From NCBI GenBank assembly GCA_964106915.2, contig OZ066917.1: 64,000 nucleotides of DNA, one strand, 5' to 3'. Position 1 is the first letter of the stretch. Each line of letters opens with the position of its first letter. Positions 24,837 through 38,753 of the stretch are shown piece by piece. The notes under the pieces were generated by a model. It searched no databases and was not told the origin of the DNA. It worked only from the letters and a program-made list of their open reading frames with translations. Source of the DNA: Podarcis gaigeae (taxonomy: Eukaryota). The position numbers and the translations under genes are program-made.

Positions 24837-24940
24837 TTTCGGTCTTCGTCTCTGGCGCTAGTTTAAAAAATTAAGAAGTAAAGTTGCAGTGCAGCAAATC
24901 AAGCACAGTAAACAAATCTATACTGCACTTCATCTTACAG

Positions 24941-24997
24941 GACCTGTATCGCCCTCTCTCTTCGGATGATTTGGATTCAGTAGGAGACTCTGTGTAA
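24941..24997 (+). CDS. DCLK1: Alternative terminal exon of DCL/CARP: DLYRPLSSDDLDSVGDSV*
   Basis: cttacag acceptor, phase 0, TAA at 24995-24997; known CARP/DCL C-terminus, homologous to the DCX tail DLYLPLSLDDSDSLGDSM. Confidence 0.95.
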   Translation, partial: DLYRPLSSDDLDSVGDSV

Positions 24998-27900
24998 AAA
25001 AACCCCCAGAAAATGGAACAGTGCATAATGGTTTGTGATTGGGTGAAGGTTTAACACTTTCCTGAGAATGTAGTTAGCTGCTAACCGACATTAGTGAATT
25101 GCACAAAAGCGTTTTGCGTATTTTAATATTAAAACACCGGCGTTTGTCCCTATATACATATATAATATATTAACTTTAATGGTGTTATGTGCTTGTGCGA
25201 CTTGATTTCTGTACAAGGGCTCTTAGGCTAGGTTATAACAAATTGTGTAAACATTTTGAGATGAAACTTGGATAGGGTAAATATAATGTCCAAAGGTGCT
25301 ATTATTTTCCAAAACACTCACCATGATAGAGAGCAGAAGGGATACGTATGCAAGGGGCAGCCTGAGCATCTTCTCACTGCCCCATACATCTTCCTTCCTC
25401 ACTGAAAAGTTTCTCCTGAGGGTGAAGAAACCCTCAGTAAATAAATGCCTATGATGTGGGTAAGAGGGTTGCTGGAGGAGCAGATATCAGTGGAAGAACT
25501 TCCATGCATATCCTTTCCACTCACAGTAGCACTGGATATAAGCCCATATCTTTACTACTGCTCAACACTTGATGTTTCCATTTTTTATTGGAAAAGGAGC
25601 CCTTGCCTGTAGAGCTGTCGGCAACTGGTAGAAATTGTTATGAAAATAAAGTGCAGTCCAGATGCACTTTGCTCATACTGCTTGTCCTTTTTGAGCTTTC
25701 GTAGCTCTGTAATAAATCCGCCCTCATTATAAAAAAATGTGTGCTGTATAAACTGATGAAGTTGACAAATTTTGAAGAAGAAGAAAGAGTTGTCATAGCT
25801 TGGAACGTCCACTTGTTGAATCCTGCGCAAGGGAGCCCTGTTGAATTCCTTTCATTTCCTTGCCCTGCTCCAAACCCCTGACCCCATTCCACACCATTCC
25901 AGGGGTGTCCATTGACCCTCAGGAGTGGCATTTTGGGCACCCAAACAGAGTTCCACTCAATCTTCTATAAGTCCACCCTTGAGATTAAGCAGCTTATAAT
26001 ATCATTGACACTACACAAACACTTTTGGAAATTTAGGTTTTTCACTAGGAAATTTTTTTTGTTTTTGCTTTGGACTTTTTGCCTGTTTGTTAGGTGTAAA
26101 TATAGGAACATGTTTTGCAGGCTTAAGACACTTAACAAAAGTGAGCACAGAGCTTTCCCCCCTCAGTTAAAAATAGAAATCTCTATGGTGATTGAAGTAT
26201 TTGGGTCTAATCAGCCATTTCTCATTTTCCTTTTTATGGGGACTTGTTAAAAAAATGAATATGCTGAACTCAGAGCAGCGAAATTATGTATGTGTGAATG
26301 TATGTATGTGTTAAACTAATTATGTTGATGGGCATGATCCAGTGGGATGTTTTTCCTATGTAAGCCTCATTGATTAGAATGGGAGAAGTACAAGAGTTCC
26401 TTTGTGTTTGTGTGTTATCTCTCTTTTAGCAGGGGATCCTGAAATTTCTTAGGAGAAATTTCTTCTGAATTGGTCCTTAAGCAGATATTTACAACACTGT
26501 TTATGCTCTACTGCCTTGTTTTGAGAGCAAGAACTCAGTGCTTTTATTGCAAATCATTATGGTCTTGCAACACTGATTGCTTGCTTTTAATTTAATGATT
26601 GTTACTTCTAGATACTGTAGCTTACACATTGGGTAACTTTTTTAATGAGACATCTACCGTTAACATTTCACATAATAATTTACGATTTAATGTTGGCTTT
26701 TTAATTCCTATAGAAACATAGTCAGCATCACCTTACCAATCACTGGTCACCATAAGGAAATGTATTAGTACTACACACAGGAAGGCAAGCTCAGGTTTTA
26801 AGGGCCATGCTTCTGTCTTTTCATTTAAATATCTTAAGTGGTTTTTTATTCAAACATGCAACAAAAATGACCAGACAATGCTGATGTATGGTATTATGGG
26901 TTGTGTGCACCAAAGTTGTTCCATCAGTGTGAGCTCTTAGAATTGTGCAATGGAATTTCTCTTCCCTCTTCTCCCCGTAGCTCCCTCGCAAATCTTTTCT
27001 GGCGGTTCCCCCCTGGGGCAGATTGGGGGCTCATGGACAGGGGGAGGGGAAGTTCCATTGAGCAACTGGAAGTTTTTGCATTGGTGCAACAACTTCAGTG
27101 GTTAAAACCCTGTGAGTTGTGTTTTAGTATGTCACAATGCAAAGGACAGTACAACACTATCACATGTTAAGTATGTGATTATGGGGGAAAGATGTACTAC
27201 AGGTGCTTTCTTTGTGCTATTGTGCTATTCCACCCTGAAAACCTGGGATACATATTGATATTTACAGAGGGAGGTTATTAGAGTCCGTTCATTTCAAAAG
27301 AAACCTATAATGTCAGCTACTTTCCAAACCATTAGATATTGTACCTGAAACAGGCAAAGGGAATAAGATTAGTTGGGTATGTTTCCTTTTCCAGTTATAT
27401 TCTAGTACTTTAATTCATGGGAGATCAAAATAGGTTCCTAATGTGTTGGCACCACTTATCTAGAAGGAAGGAAATGTAATGACATAAGTTTGGGGGTTTT
27501 CTTTTGGGGCTTGGGTGTTTGAAATATTTCAATATTGTTTCTCCTATTACTGTAAAATATTGCCACAAGCCTTATATTGCATAGCTTTGATTGGGCTGTG
27601 GAGGCAGATACATGTTCTTAAAATTATTAGACGGTGTGTACCATAGCAGGTTTTCCTGTATGAACTCTTCTAAGGGATGTGACAGGCCTTGCCTTACCAG
27701 TTTCACACAACATTGTAATTTGAGTATTGTTCATGGGAGATTCTATTCACTTGTGAAATGAAAGTTCCTCAGTGCCTGGAAAGTATTACCATTTAACAGT
27801 AGTCCTGTAAGTCCAGTTTTCTGTGGGTAGAAATTCCCAAATGCAAATGCAGAAACAATTATATTATTTGCCCTGCAGGATGTGGGGCACAGTTTTTACC

Positions 27901-29620
27901 AAGATTATGGCTGAGGAGGGAAGGCTGTCCTGTCCACATGCTGCAGTTCCAGTGACCAGAATCTGGTAGTTTGTTTTACAAAACCACAAGATTGTTAAGT
28001 GTGTTAATGTAACATGCTAACAATTAATTAAGCTGGATATTTCACAGACACTGGAGGTTTGTTTTGCTAGTTTCCCCAAAGTTTCCTCCATCTCTCAGTT
28101 TAGGTTTTATGGGGAACAGGGAGTTCAAACATTAAAGTTAAGTCAAATTATTTTTGAAAGCCTGTGTTGTTGTTGGTTTTTTTAAAAAAATCTGTGTTTA
28201 AAATGAATAGTTAAAATAGATGATAGGCTTTTGGCTTTGGGAAATAAATACCTGAAGATCCATTGTTCCATTCCTGCATGTGGAAAGAAGCTTTGAAATG
28301 CCAGGCAACTGTTTTTCCTTGTTTAAGTTAATCATCCAAGGGCTTGTATGTATGAGAGAACATTGGAGCCACATCTGGAGATCCTCTTCCACCAACGGAT
28401 GAGCAAGTAGCAATACTAAGGCAGCAGTGTTCACATTGTAATTAAAATCACATTCTACATAATTGAATTATAGATCTGCGAGCTTATATTCCACATCACA
28501 ATGTCAAAAGTTGCATCTCAAAGTTTAAATTACTTCAACCCTCTGTTATTGGTATGGTATGGCATATACAGTTGTAAACCAAATACAGAGATGAATGGAA
28601 ATATAAATAAGCCTTGTATATATGTGTGCATGTAATACTGAATCTTAATGATGACTCCCAGTTTACAATACAAAGCCTGTACTTTCCAGAGACCTTTGTC
28701 ACTTGTAGATCCAGCCCCATATGAGAAAAAGTGGGTGCACGACACTGGTGTTTTCTGTGGTATGGTCCATATGCCAAATATGCCAGATTTATGTACAGTG
28801 ATAAAAGCAGGTATCTGAGAAAGATTAGTCTGAACCATGCATTGCACATAATGAACTTTATGATCTAAGCTGTACTTCCCCCCACCCAGCTGCTGAAATT
28901 GAGAAGTTGGCTGCCAGTTTACCACGTGTACAGCTGGTTCATGATTTCTTTTTTTCAGTGTGGTTGCATACCTGTGTGTATGATCATGTGGAAGGCTTTA
29001 CTAATGAGGACTAGCCCTTTGTGATCCAGGATTGTATTCTTTCTTTCTGCACATGCACACACACACACACACACAGTGTGCATGTGCATATTTGTATGCC
29101 TTTTGGTGTATGTATTTGTGCATTTTTGTTTGCATTTGTTTAAATAATCGCTGTGCAGCAAGGTATGGACAAGCAAGTACTGAACCAATTTTGTACTCAT
29201 CTCATCTGGTGTGTTGTGATATTATATAGGGATAATTGTTCTTTACCTTGTATAATAATCTCTATTTGGTTTATATTGTCCAATGAAAGAAAACTGCTGT
29301 ATTGTAAATGCTAGTTGATGAAATAAGTTTACAATTTTATACTATTTTCTTGGAAATACTTTTCTGGTTTTGTTTGTTTTTCCTCTGTTTCCTCCAAAGT
29401 AACTGATAATCAGCAAAACCAGTGAAACGTTTTTAAAGTAGCTGCAGCAGAAAATAGTTTTCGTTTTCTAATAAATCAAGTAAACTGCCTTCATTTTGTA
29501 CCATCAATGCAGTGCATTGTATGTGTGTTTTTGTATTTGACCTTGCCATACAGATTGCCTTTGCTGGATTTTAAGCTGTAAGTCATGTAATAAATAAATG
29601 GGAAAATCTATTCTAAATAT
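24998..29620 (+). other. DCLK1: Probable long 3'UTR of the DCL/CARP terminal exon
   Basis: Follows the stop; U/GU-rich; no young SINE/Bov-B copies seen; AATAAA at 29470 and overlapping pair 29589-29598; end point inferred. Confidence 0.5.
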
Positions 29621-30907
29621 TCAGTGAGCTTCTTTTGAAAATGGGGAAACCAGACAAAGAATCTCTGCTATAACATACACATGGGGGGGGGGGGGGTTGT
29701 CACTGAACTGCGGGAACCATAGAGCTTAATGGGTTGGTCTAAACATAAATGCAGGCAGTGGCTTTTCAAAAATGTAAATTGTGGGTGCTAAGAGAAGAGA
29801 AAAATTCTAATGGATTACCTGGACAGGAAATTCACCAAGCCATAACTACGTATTTTTTAGAGGTGACGATGAATAGACTTGTAATGTATGGACTTGGAAG
29901 TATGGAATGAGAAATTGGTTTGGTATACACTTAAATGTTCTAGCCCTCTTATCGGCTTGCCTTTAGAAGCTCTCTTTTTATGTTACCTTTTACATGCTTG
30001 TTGAGTCTAAAAAGACTGAAATCTGAAAAGGGCATTTCGTAGTGATGGGCAACATGCTTCTTCAGAATAACTTGAGTTGCATGCACTTACTAGTTTTTCC
30101 AGTGAAAACCTAGCAGCCGATCATTAACCCTTGCCTAGTTAGAATTGTCTCTGCTTTGTGCAGACCAGGTTTGGTAATAGGATAGCAATTATTTCATGCT
30201 CATTCTTGTACTGGGTGCTTTTGTCAAAATAAAACTGCGTTAGAGACTTTCAACCATATCTTTGCCTAGTTTTTAATTCAATATAAATTTCAGCCCCTCC
30301 ACTTCTTCAGTTTTATTGCTCCCTAGTCTACATTTCCCTTGCCCATTCTGTCTCTCTTTAACAGTTTTCTTGTCCCCATGCCTTCATGAAGTCCCCCCCC
30401 CCCCCGCTGTCCTCAGTGGTATTCCACTGCCTTCACAAAAAACGCCACTGTTATTAGCATTCTGTTGACGATCCTTTTCATCCTGATCATTTAGAATGTT
30501 CAAAGAAACTCAACCAATAGCTGCTGGGGCTCACTGACAATATATGAGAATAAAGTTTAGCTCATTAGTCATATGCATGCATCTTAAAATGTTGAAGAGG
30601 GAGGAAAAGAGATGTGAAACAGGAATCTCATTATAATGATGATTTTTAACTTCAAAGAACACACAGGTTGGGACTGGCAAATCTAGCAATTTCAATTTCT
30701 CTCAGTTTCTCATCCCCCCCCCCCCCCATCTTAAGTTCAGTTCTCCACATGCCCACATCAGTGTGCATTTTAAAGCAACAAACAAGTCATAAGGACTCGT
30801 TAGCATTTTAGGGTAAATTTCTGCTAATATGCATATTTTTGTATGCTAGTTTGCCTAATATACACACTTTTGCAAAGCAATTTCGCCTAATTATAACTTT
30901 AATGAAA

Positions 30908-31297
30908 GAAGAAGAAGAATTTTTTTGTTTATACCTTGCCCATCTGGCTGGGTTTCCACCGTCATTCTTGGCAGCTTACAGCACATTTTAAAACATAACA
31001 AAATGCCAAACATTAAGAACTTCCCAATACAGGACTGCCCTCAGATGTCTTCTATAGTTGTTTAGTTCTTTATCTCCCTGAAAACTGATGGGAGGGCATT
31101 CCACAGGGAGGACACCACTACTGAGAAGGTCCTCTGCTTAGTTCCCTGTAACTTCACTTCTCGCAGTGAGGGAACTGCCAGAAGACCCTCAGAGGAGGAC
31201 CTCAGTGTCCGGGCTGAACAATGGGGGTGGAGATCCTCCTTCAGGGTTACTGGACTGAGGCTGTTTAGGACTTTAGAGGTCAGCACCAACACTTTGA
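30908..31297 (-). mobile_element. L2/CR1-superfamily LINE 3' fragment
   Basis: Minus ORF KVLVLTSKVLNSLSP...RTLRSSSEGLLAVP...FSVVVSSLWNALP typical of the L2 ORF2 C-terminus; same 3'UTR at 52955-53125. Confidence 0.8.
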
Positions 31298-34200
31298 TAA
31301 GTATTTCCAATAATAAATGCACATTACCCTGGTATATGCATTTTTGTACATACACTCTGGCTGGAGAAATTGCTTTTTTTAAAAAAAATTATTAAAGATT
31401 TTAATGAATTACAAAAGAATATGCAATGTCTCTTTTTGTTTGTTTGTTCAGATTATAAAGTATTTTGGTTACGTTCACTGTAAGATAACACAGTATCCAG
31501 AGGTAGGGAGAGAGAGTAGAGGGAAGAGGTTGGCTGATAAACTTACACAATATGCAAAATTCAGAGAAGTTCAAATTTTGAAGGATGGTTGTGTTTTGGT
31601 TTGCATATTGTTTTGCAAACTGCAAATTAGGTTGGTTCGCCTTTAAATGCAAACTGAATCAGTTTATCTCACCCAGCAGCATGGAGGCATAGGTGAGTTT
31701 TATCCCTCTTTTCCTGATTTCAGCTGCCCTTTTGGAGCTGTTACTACACATTTTAACAGGTAAAGAAGAAAAATAAAGAGGAGATACAATTACATGTATC
31801 TTTCCTCTGCAGCTTTGATTGTAATAAAATGGCTTAAAGACTGGAAAAGATCATCTAGCATTCATTTTTACTGCCCTGCTTTAAAAAAATCATGGAGAAA
31901 TCTGCAAAAGGCAGATTCCTATATACTCATTTTTACAACTTTTCTTCCTTGGCTTCCTGATGCTTAGGAACCACTGTAAATGCCTCCCTAAAAAGTCCAA
32001 GTAAAGCCCAAATATATGTAGAAGGGGGAAATCTTCAGAATGAAATAATACACATGCTTTGAGCATTTGTATGCATTGTGATACTTTGCTCCCTGAATTT
32101 GAGGAATGTCACTGGGCGTCCCCATTTTAAATGTTTACAAATGAGCTGCCGAACAAATCTTCCAGTAAGATGTGGTTGAAACTTTATAGCACTGATCTTC
32201 CCTTTCCCATCATAGAGAAATGGTGGTATGTTGACCATCTGTTATACAAACCTGAGCTGGATGTGAAGTGCTTATTACACTAAAGACCCAATCCTGCTTT
32301 TATGCAGCCACTTTCTTTTAATGTAGGTGTGCCATAAAAACAGCCAGGTGGCCAGAAACTGAGGCAAGAGTTCCCTCTTAAAATTTGTTTAGGGGTGATG
32401 ACATTTCACATGGTGCAGACTGAATTAAAATTAAGACAGGCCATTTATATTAAACGCTTTAGGTTCCATAGAGGTTCTTTGGTATGGAATTCTCTCTTTG
32501 TAGTGATCCTAATATGATCTACAGCTGTGCTGAGCCAGAGGGTGCACAGGGCAGCTGCATCACTTAGGATTCTTAAGCATTTCGTCCAAAATAGTCATTG
32601 ACTGAAATCTTTTTAGATGTTCAGCATCTCCTAAGCTTTGGGGTCCGTAATGACCAATCCGCAAACAGACACACCTAAAAATCCCAATAGAGAGAAATAT
32701 TCTCCCTCTTTCTCTCTTTCTCTGTGAGAAGCAGTTTACAATATTATGTGGGGCTTTCTATTCAAGGAATAAAATCCAAAAGGAGAAAAAGGAAAAGGAA
32801 ATCCTCACTTGGTGTGCTCAAGCAAGAAAAGCTACTCAAAGTGACACAACCAGCAGCAGTCAACAGATTTCATGAAGATTCCTCTTTATATATCCTGATA
32901 GGCAAACTGATTATAAGCCATAACATGATGGAAGGATGGGATTTGCATTTTTCAGGAGAAATTAGAATGTGGGAGAAGGTGCTTAACTCCTCCCCCAACC
33001 TGTACATTCACCTATAAGTGCCTCCCCTCTCATTTTTCAAATATATTTTCCCCAGTCAGTTGCTAAAACTAAAGACAACCTGGTTGGAAAAAAGAGGGGT
33101 GGTGTTGGAGATGGGGGAATAGCAGAAGAATCCATGTTCACAGATAGGGTCAAGTTTCCTGCTCAACCTGCAAATATTCCCTGTGCTATCACCACATTCT
33201 TTGGTATTTCGCTAATATCAAGATAACATCCACTTTGGCCCTAAGAATGGCCATGTTGGCAGCATTTTGTCAAGCCAGTCTGGAAGAAGGGTGCGTGCCT
33301 CTAGAATGCAACTCTCACAAGCAGAAATCTGGGCAGAATTTTGGATGGCCATGTATTTTTTAGCTCCTTCACCAAAGCTCTAAAAGCTTGGATGGAATCC
33401 TAACATTGTGTGTGATGTTTCCAAGTTATTTAAAGATTTTTATACACAAAACAGCATTTTAATGAAAGACTTATTACTTGAATGAGTAGTCCAAAACAAG
33501 TAGAAGTAATAATGAATGCCTGTAATTAAGCAGAGGCTCTAAACATTAAGGCTAAGCAGCTCATGTAAATGATTGTATCAGTAGAAGAAATTTGACTGAC
33601 ATGTTGATGACGCAAGAAATTCCTGTTTGGGGGGGAAAGCTGAGAAAGTTCAGGAAAAATAACTCAGGGTTACATAAACAAAACTAGGCTGTGGCACATA
33701 CACAATTTAGGGATTCTGAGTTGAATTAAATAAAAAAAAGTCACCTGAAAGCAGAAAACGTAAAATATTACCTTATTCTAATAATATTTATCAAAATCAT
33801 TGAAATTAGAGGAATGAGGTAAGGGTGTCTTTTGTCTTCACTACTTTTTATTTCTTCAACTTAAATTTTGGCTGTATGTGTACAATCAAGTCTTGATATC
33901 CGTGGTATTTGCACAGTTAATGATATAAAATGCAGGTGATGCTATCTCATGAACCCACAAAATGCAACCTTTTACACAAATTGTTAAATTGATTCTAAAT
34001 ATTATTAAGGTTTTTGGATGCAAATTAACTGTACACAGATATGAAATAATAGGCATAAATACTTCCACTTATCTTTCCAATGTGGTCACAAATATTAGTC
34101 CATTACTTGGGAACAAGAAGAAGGTAAGATATTGCAAATACTGGTATATTTAGCGTCTTATTCAAAGGAGTGTTTTTTTGAAAATAAATACCAGACTTCT

Positions 34201-37200
34201 CTGTAAGAAGTCATCAAAACATTTTTGAAATATGGTCATATCTGGCTGAATGATGACTTGGGAGATTAGCATCATATTGTTAAAATGTATCTTTTGTCTG
34301 TATTGCTTATATTTGTTCCTTTCCCTTTCGATAGCAGTTTCAACTCAACTTTTGAGTGGCGTGCAAGCCAAATTTCAACCATTTATATGGGAGAAAGGCC
34401 TGGTAGGATAAAAATTGCAGGAGTTTCCTGTTAAAGGTTGTCTTGCAGCACCAAACAACAAATACTACCATGCATTCCAACTAGTTGCCTTAACTAATCT
34501 TGAACTATATCTGTTGAATTTTAGCTGGCATTATCTGCCTTATGCTGTCAGGAAATGAAATGTGGATCACTTTGTGTACACCAATAACCTATAGCTTGTT
34601 TGTTTTTGTGTGTAAGAAAAATACATGGATTATTCATCATTAAGTCTTATTGTGCAAATATTAAAAAGTGAAAGGGCTGCTATACAGAATATATAAAATA
34701 ATCTGATGAATTTGGTACTCCTTATGTTTTTGCTCTGAATGAGGCATCTGCTAATGGAAGAAGAGGCCCCAACACTCCCTGGAAAATCTGTTCTGGAGGA
34801 GGAAGGGAATCAGCCAAAATTTCATCCCTCTTCTTCCATTTGCTGATACCTCTTGCTAGACTGAATGCCCTTGATCAATTAGTCACCATTCAATAAAGCA
34901 TTATTATGTAAGACAAGATATTGTGCTTCAGTTAATGATATATTAAAATATATTAAAAACACATTAATTACATGCTGGACAGAAAATCATATTTCCCAAT
35001 TTACTGTAAATTGCGAGATGTAATCCAGATTTTCTGTGTATTTAGGTGCAGTGTGTTTAAAATTTGACTTAACTGAGAGAAAGTGTTTGACAGTATTCAG
35101 TTAATTTATTGAATCCCGCCCCCCCCCCAAATAATAATATAGGATGTGCTAAAATATCATGTTAATAAGAGCCATCATGCTTCCATAGCAAAGATTCTTT
35201 GTAATGTTAAAATATCGGGGGCAAAAAAGAGAATAAAATATATTCTCAGATAATTAGGGTGATTTGGGATTTCCTGTTTATAACTTTCATGTCTGTAGCC
35301 TTCAAATTAGACGAGTAAGGCAATATTATTTTTAAAAAATTAAGGCAAGTAACGAATTAGAAAATGCATAAACTTGTCTAATAATATAACAATAAAATAT
35401 TTATTAATATAGTATATTAATATCATATCTTCCTTTATTAATTTAATATATTACTGTTGCTTTCAAAAACTTGAGGACTGTTTTATTGGATATGTAAGTG
35501 TGTAGTAATATCGTCAATACCACTACCAGTAATATTGGTAGTAAGAATAGAAATGGTTAAAACAAAGTGTGTCGTTTATTATGGATGTGCTCGGGCTCTA
35601 ACATTCACCTTGTATCTTTCTGTGAGTTTATAAAAATTATGATCTATTTCTGAGTTGCTGTGTACCCTTGTCCACTTCAATCTGTGTTACAAGTCATTCT
35701 GTGTAAAATGAACCTTCGTGTTCTCCATGGACTATATAATCAAGAATTTAAAAATGGCTACAATTTTAACCTCTTTTCACTGAAGTGGATGCATTTTTTT
35801 TCAGGCACAGGAGGCTCTCCAGAGTAGATTAAGCCTGCCAAATTGCAGACAAATAAATAAAAGGGATTTTTGTTGGGGAGGGGAAAAAAGCATTGACTTT
35901 CCAACATAGTCCTTTATGAAGGGGAAGTGGTAAAATAATTAAAAGGTAACTGAGTGGTGTGTATTCTTGCTAAAGAACTGCAGCTTCCTACTGACTTTTG
36001 TTCATGGTGTTAGTTTGTGTTCTCCAGTAGGGTTTGCCAATCTCCTGATAGGCCCTTACAGATCTCTGATAGGCCCTAAGACCTAAGTCTCTTAAAGGAA
36101 CTTTTTTGTTGTTGTTTAAGCAGAGCAACATAGGATTTAAAAACAAACAAACAAACCTGTAATGACTTTTTTGGTAAAACAACAACAACAACAACCAAAC
36201 AAAAACACCCCACACCTCCATTGATGTGCTCTAACAAGCAAAATAATCCAAATCTCTTTGGTGTGCCACATAGAACATTTTAGACAGTCTCACTTTTTGC
36301 AAAGCCCTTAGATGGAGGAACAAGGATACTATATAAGAAAACAGAACTGGGTAGATCACAGAAAGGCAGAAAAACAAAGTTCCCAGGTAACACAGAGCTT
36401 AGAGGGGAGTGCCCCAGTCCAAACTGGGGTGGGGTGGGAAAGGTTTATTGACATCATGCTTCATTTCAGAGGAGGGGCAATCCCCAAATCACCCCAATTT
36501 GCAGCATTAATTGGCTGCTCCTCCCTACTATTCACAAAACTCCTGCCTCTTCTGTAATAGGCACCGGCTTCAAAAACTCAAACATTTTCTTAAATTTAAT
36601 TGATTCTCATTCTGCATGTTATTAATGCACTCACCTATGTAAATAAGAATCCCACAGCTTTGGAACCAAGGCAGCTTTATAATAAGCTTTATAATTAAAT
36701 TCCATTATTTAAAAGTACCATACAAAATATTGCTTAGATGTTAATGTTTTACTCAGAATGCAGAGCATTGGCTTAAATCATTCTGAAATGGTATTCAAAA
36801 TGTTGGAGAGGTGCTTATCTGCTGAAATCTTCCAATTAAAACTACCAATTAAAATACATGAGATCCATTTTTTTAAAAAAAGTGGTGACCTAAATAAATT
36901 ATTGCTGCAGCTGTATTACATTTTTTCCCCCAGCCAGAGATCACTATGTAATTAGAGCATTGGATTGCGGTATCTTTTTTAAAAATATGGGAGCAATAGC
37001 AACAAAAAATAAATACTGGCAAAGATTTCACTTCATTACTTTTCAACTGAGAGACTGTTTTGTGGTACTTGTTATCTTTCCTGAATGGGGTCATGGAGCT
37101 TTGCTGTAGGTTTTCCATCCTCTTTGCACTTTGACACTTTGAGGTAAGTCTCCCCACTCCCCAACCAGCACATTTAGCATTTCGCAAATCTAAATATGCC

Positions 37201-38512
37201 CTTGCTGCATAAATTGCAAATCTGTATATAATCATCCAAGGATAGCAACAGGGGATGGGGCTCAGGAATCTCAGCAAGTTCTCGTTTATTTTGGTCTGTT
37301 GTTCACCCCATGCCTAGGCTTTGAATCCTTGTCTAAAATACTGAAGACTTTTGCATCACCAATTCTCCTCTCATTGGCTGGCTGCATAAATGACTCAGGG
37401 CACAGGACCAATCACCCCTTCAGGAATTTGTGAGCTCTGAGTGAAGCACAGTTAAAACACCCCACCCTTTCCCTATTTCTAGACACTCCCCATGAAGGCT
37501 TGGTAGCTCTCTTTTGATGGTCCTTTGGCTCCCAAGCCTCCCCAACAAAACAGCTTCCCACTGCGTCCACTCTTTCATTAGAAGCAAACAATTTCCCAGA
37601 AACCCATGAATATAACATTTTTTAAAGAATTACTGCTAGCCATATGCTTTCAGCCGAGACAACACTTTGTAAGTCACATGGAATATTTAAAAGGTTCCTC
37701 TGTGTTTCTAGAATGCCAGTCATCCAAACATTTAACAAAACAAGACAGTTTCAAAGCATTATCTTTTGATAGCGCTATATGGACTGCAGCATAATTTCAT
37801 GACTTAATATTTTGGGGTGCTTTTGATATGTATTCCATTGATTTAATAGGTACCTGACACCCCTAGTTTCTTTCAAGCTTCTGTACAGCCATGGAAACAG
37901 AAAGCGTTTGTTCATGACCACAGCTCAGATGCCACCTCACATCCTGGGCTTCTTCTTGAGATAGCAGTTTGGGAAGAGCAGGTTTTTTTAAAAAAAATTC
38001 AGCATGGTCAAATTAGTCTAGAAATAGGGGGTTTCCAAAAATTAACACAAAATTCTGTTGCGTTTCTCTTTTGAGCAAAATTTGCCTAGACTACTGAGGA
38101 GCTTCCCCGTGCAGATACTTCTAATGAGCTACAGGTGTGGCATGAGGCAAATGGCAAGGAAGAGTGATTATATTAGCAGAAATATTCTAAATTATTTGAA
38201 GGGGATGGGAAGGGGGAGAGGAGCTTTCAGTAGTTTCCAACATAGTTAATGAAAGAATGTACGTGTTTTAGAAGTTAGGCTAGGCTTTCTGAGTAGAAGG
38301 CTTTTTTTTTAGAAGCTCAGCAGTGAATAATGAAACAGATTGTCCCTTCAAAGAACATGATACAAAAGGTACACATTTATTTTTTAAAAAAATCATTTTT
38401 GCAGGTAGAGAGCATAGATATCTCATCGTATTAGCTGGCTTCATTGAAACCACAATTTAACAATCCTTTCCCACCCATGTGTCTCCCCTTGAACCCAATT
38501 CTATATTTCTAG

Positions 38513-38597
38513 AGCTCTCAGCACAGTGGCTCCTCTACCTCACTAGCATCTACCAAAGTCTGCAGCTCCATGGATGAAAATGATGGACCTGGTGAAG
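38513..38597 (+). CDS. DCLK1: Linker exon [28 protein letters not shown](E)
   Basis: ttctag acceptor, G|gtaatg donor, 85 nt, phase 0-1. Confidence 0.96.
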
Positions 38598-38601
38598 GTA
38601 A

Positions 38602-38608
<7 letters not shown>

Positions 38609-38644
<36 letters not shown>
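38609..38644. repeat. (GT)18 microsatellite 11 nt downstream of an exon donor
   Basis: Direct read. Confidence 0.92.
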
Positions 38645-38645
<1 letters not shown>

Positions 38646-38753
38646 TGTGTTAATATGCTACACCAGCACACAAAATATGCCTCCCATCTTACAGTCATTG
38701 TCAGCATTTTATACTAGCTGATTACTTTGTTTTATCAGTTATTTTGTTACTTA

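Noticed and set aside
26612-28415. Single miRNA seed matches (ATACTGTA, AGCAATA)
   Set aside because: Chance-level in AT-rich sequence without conservation data
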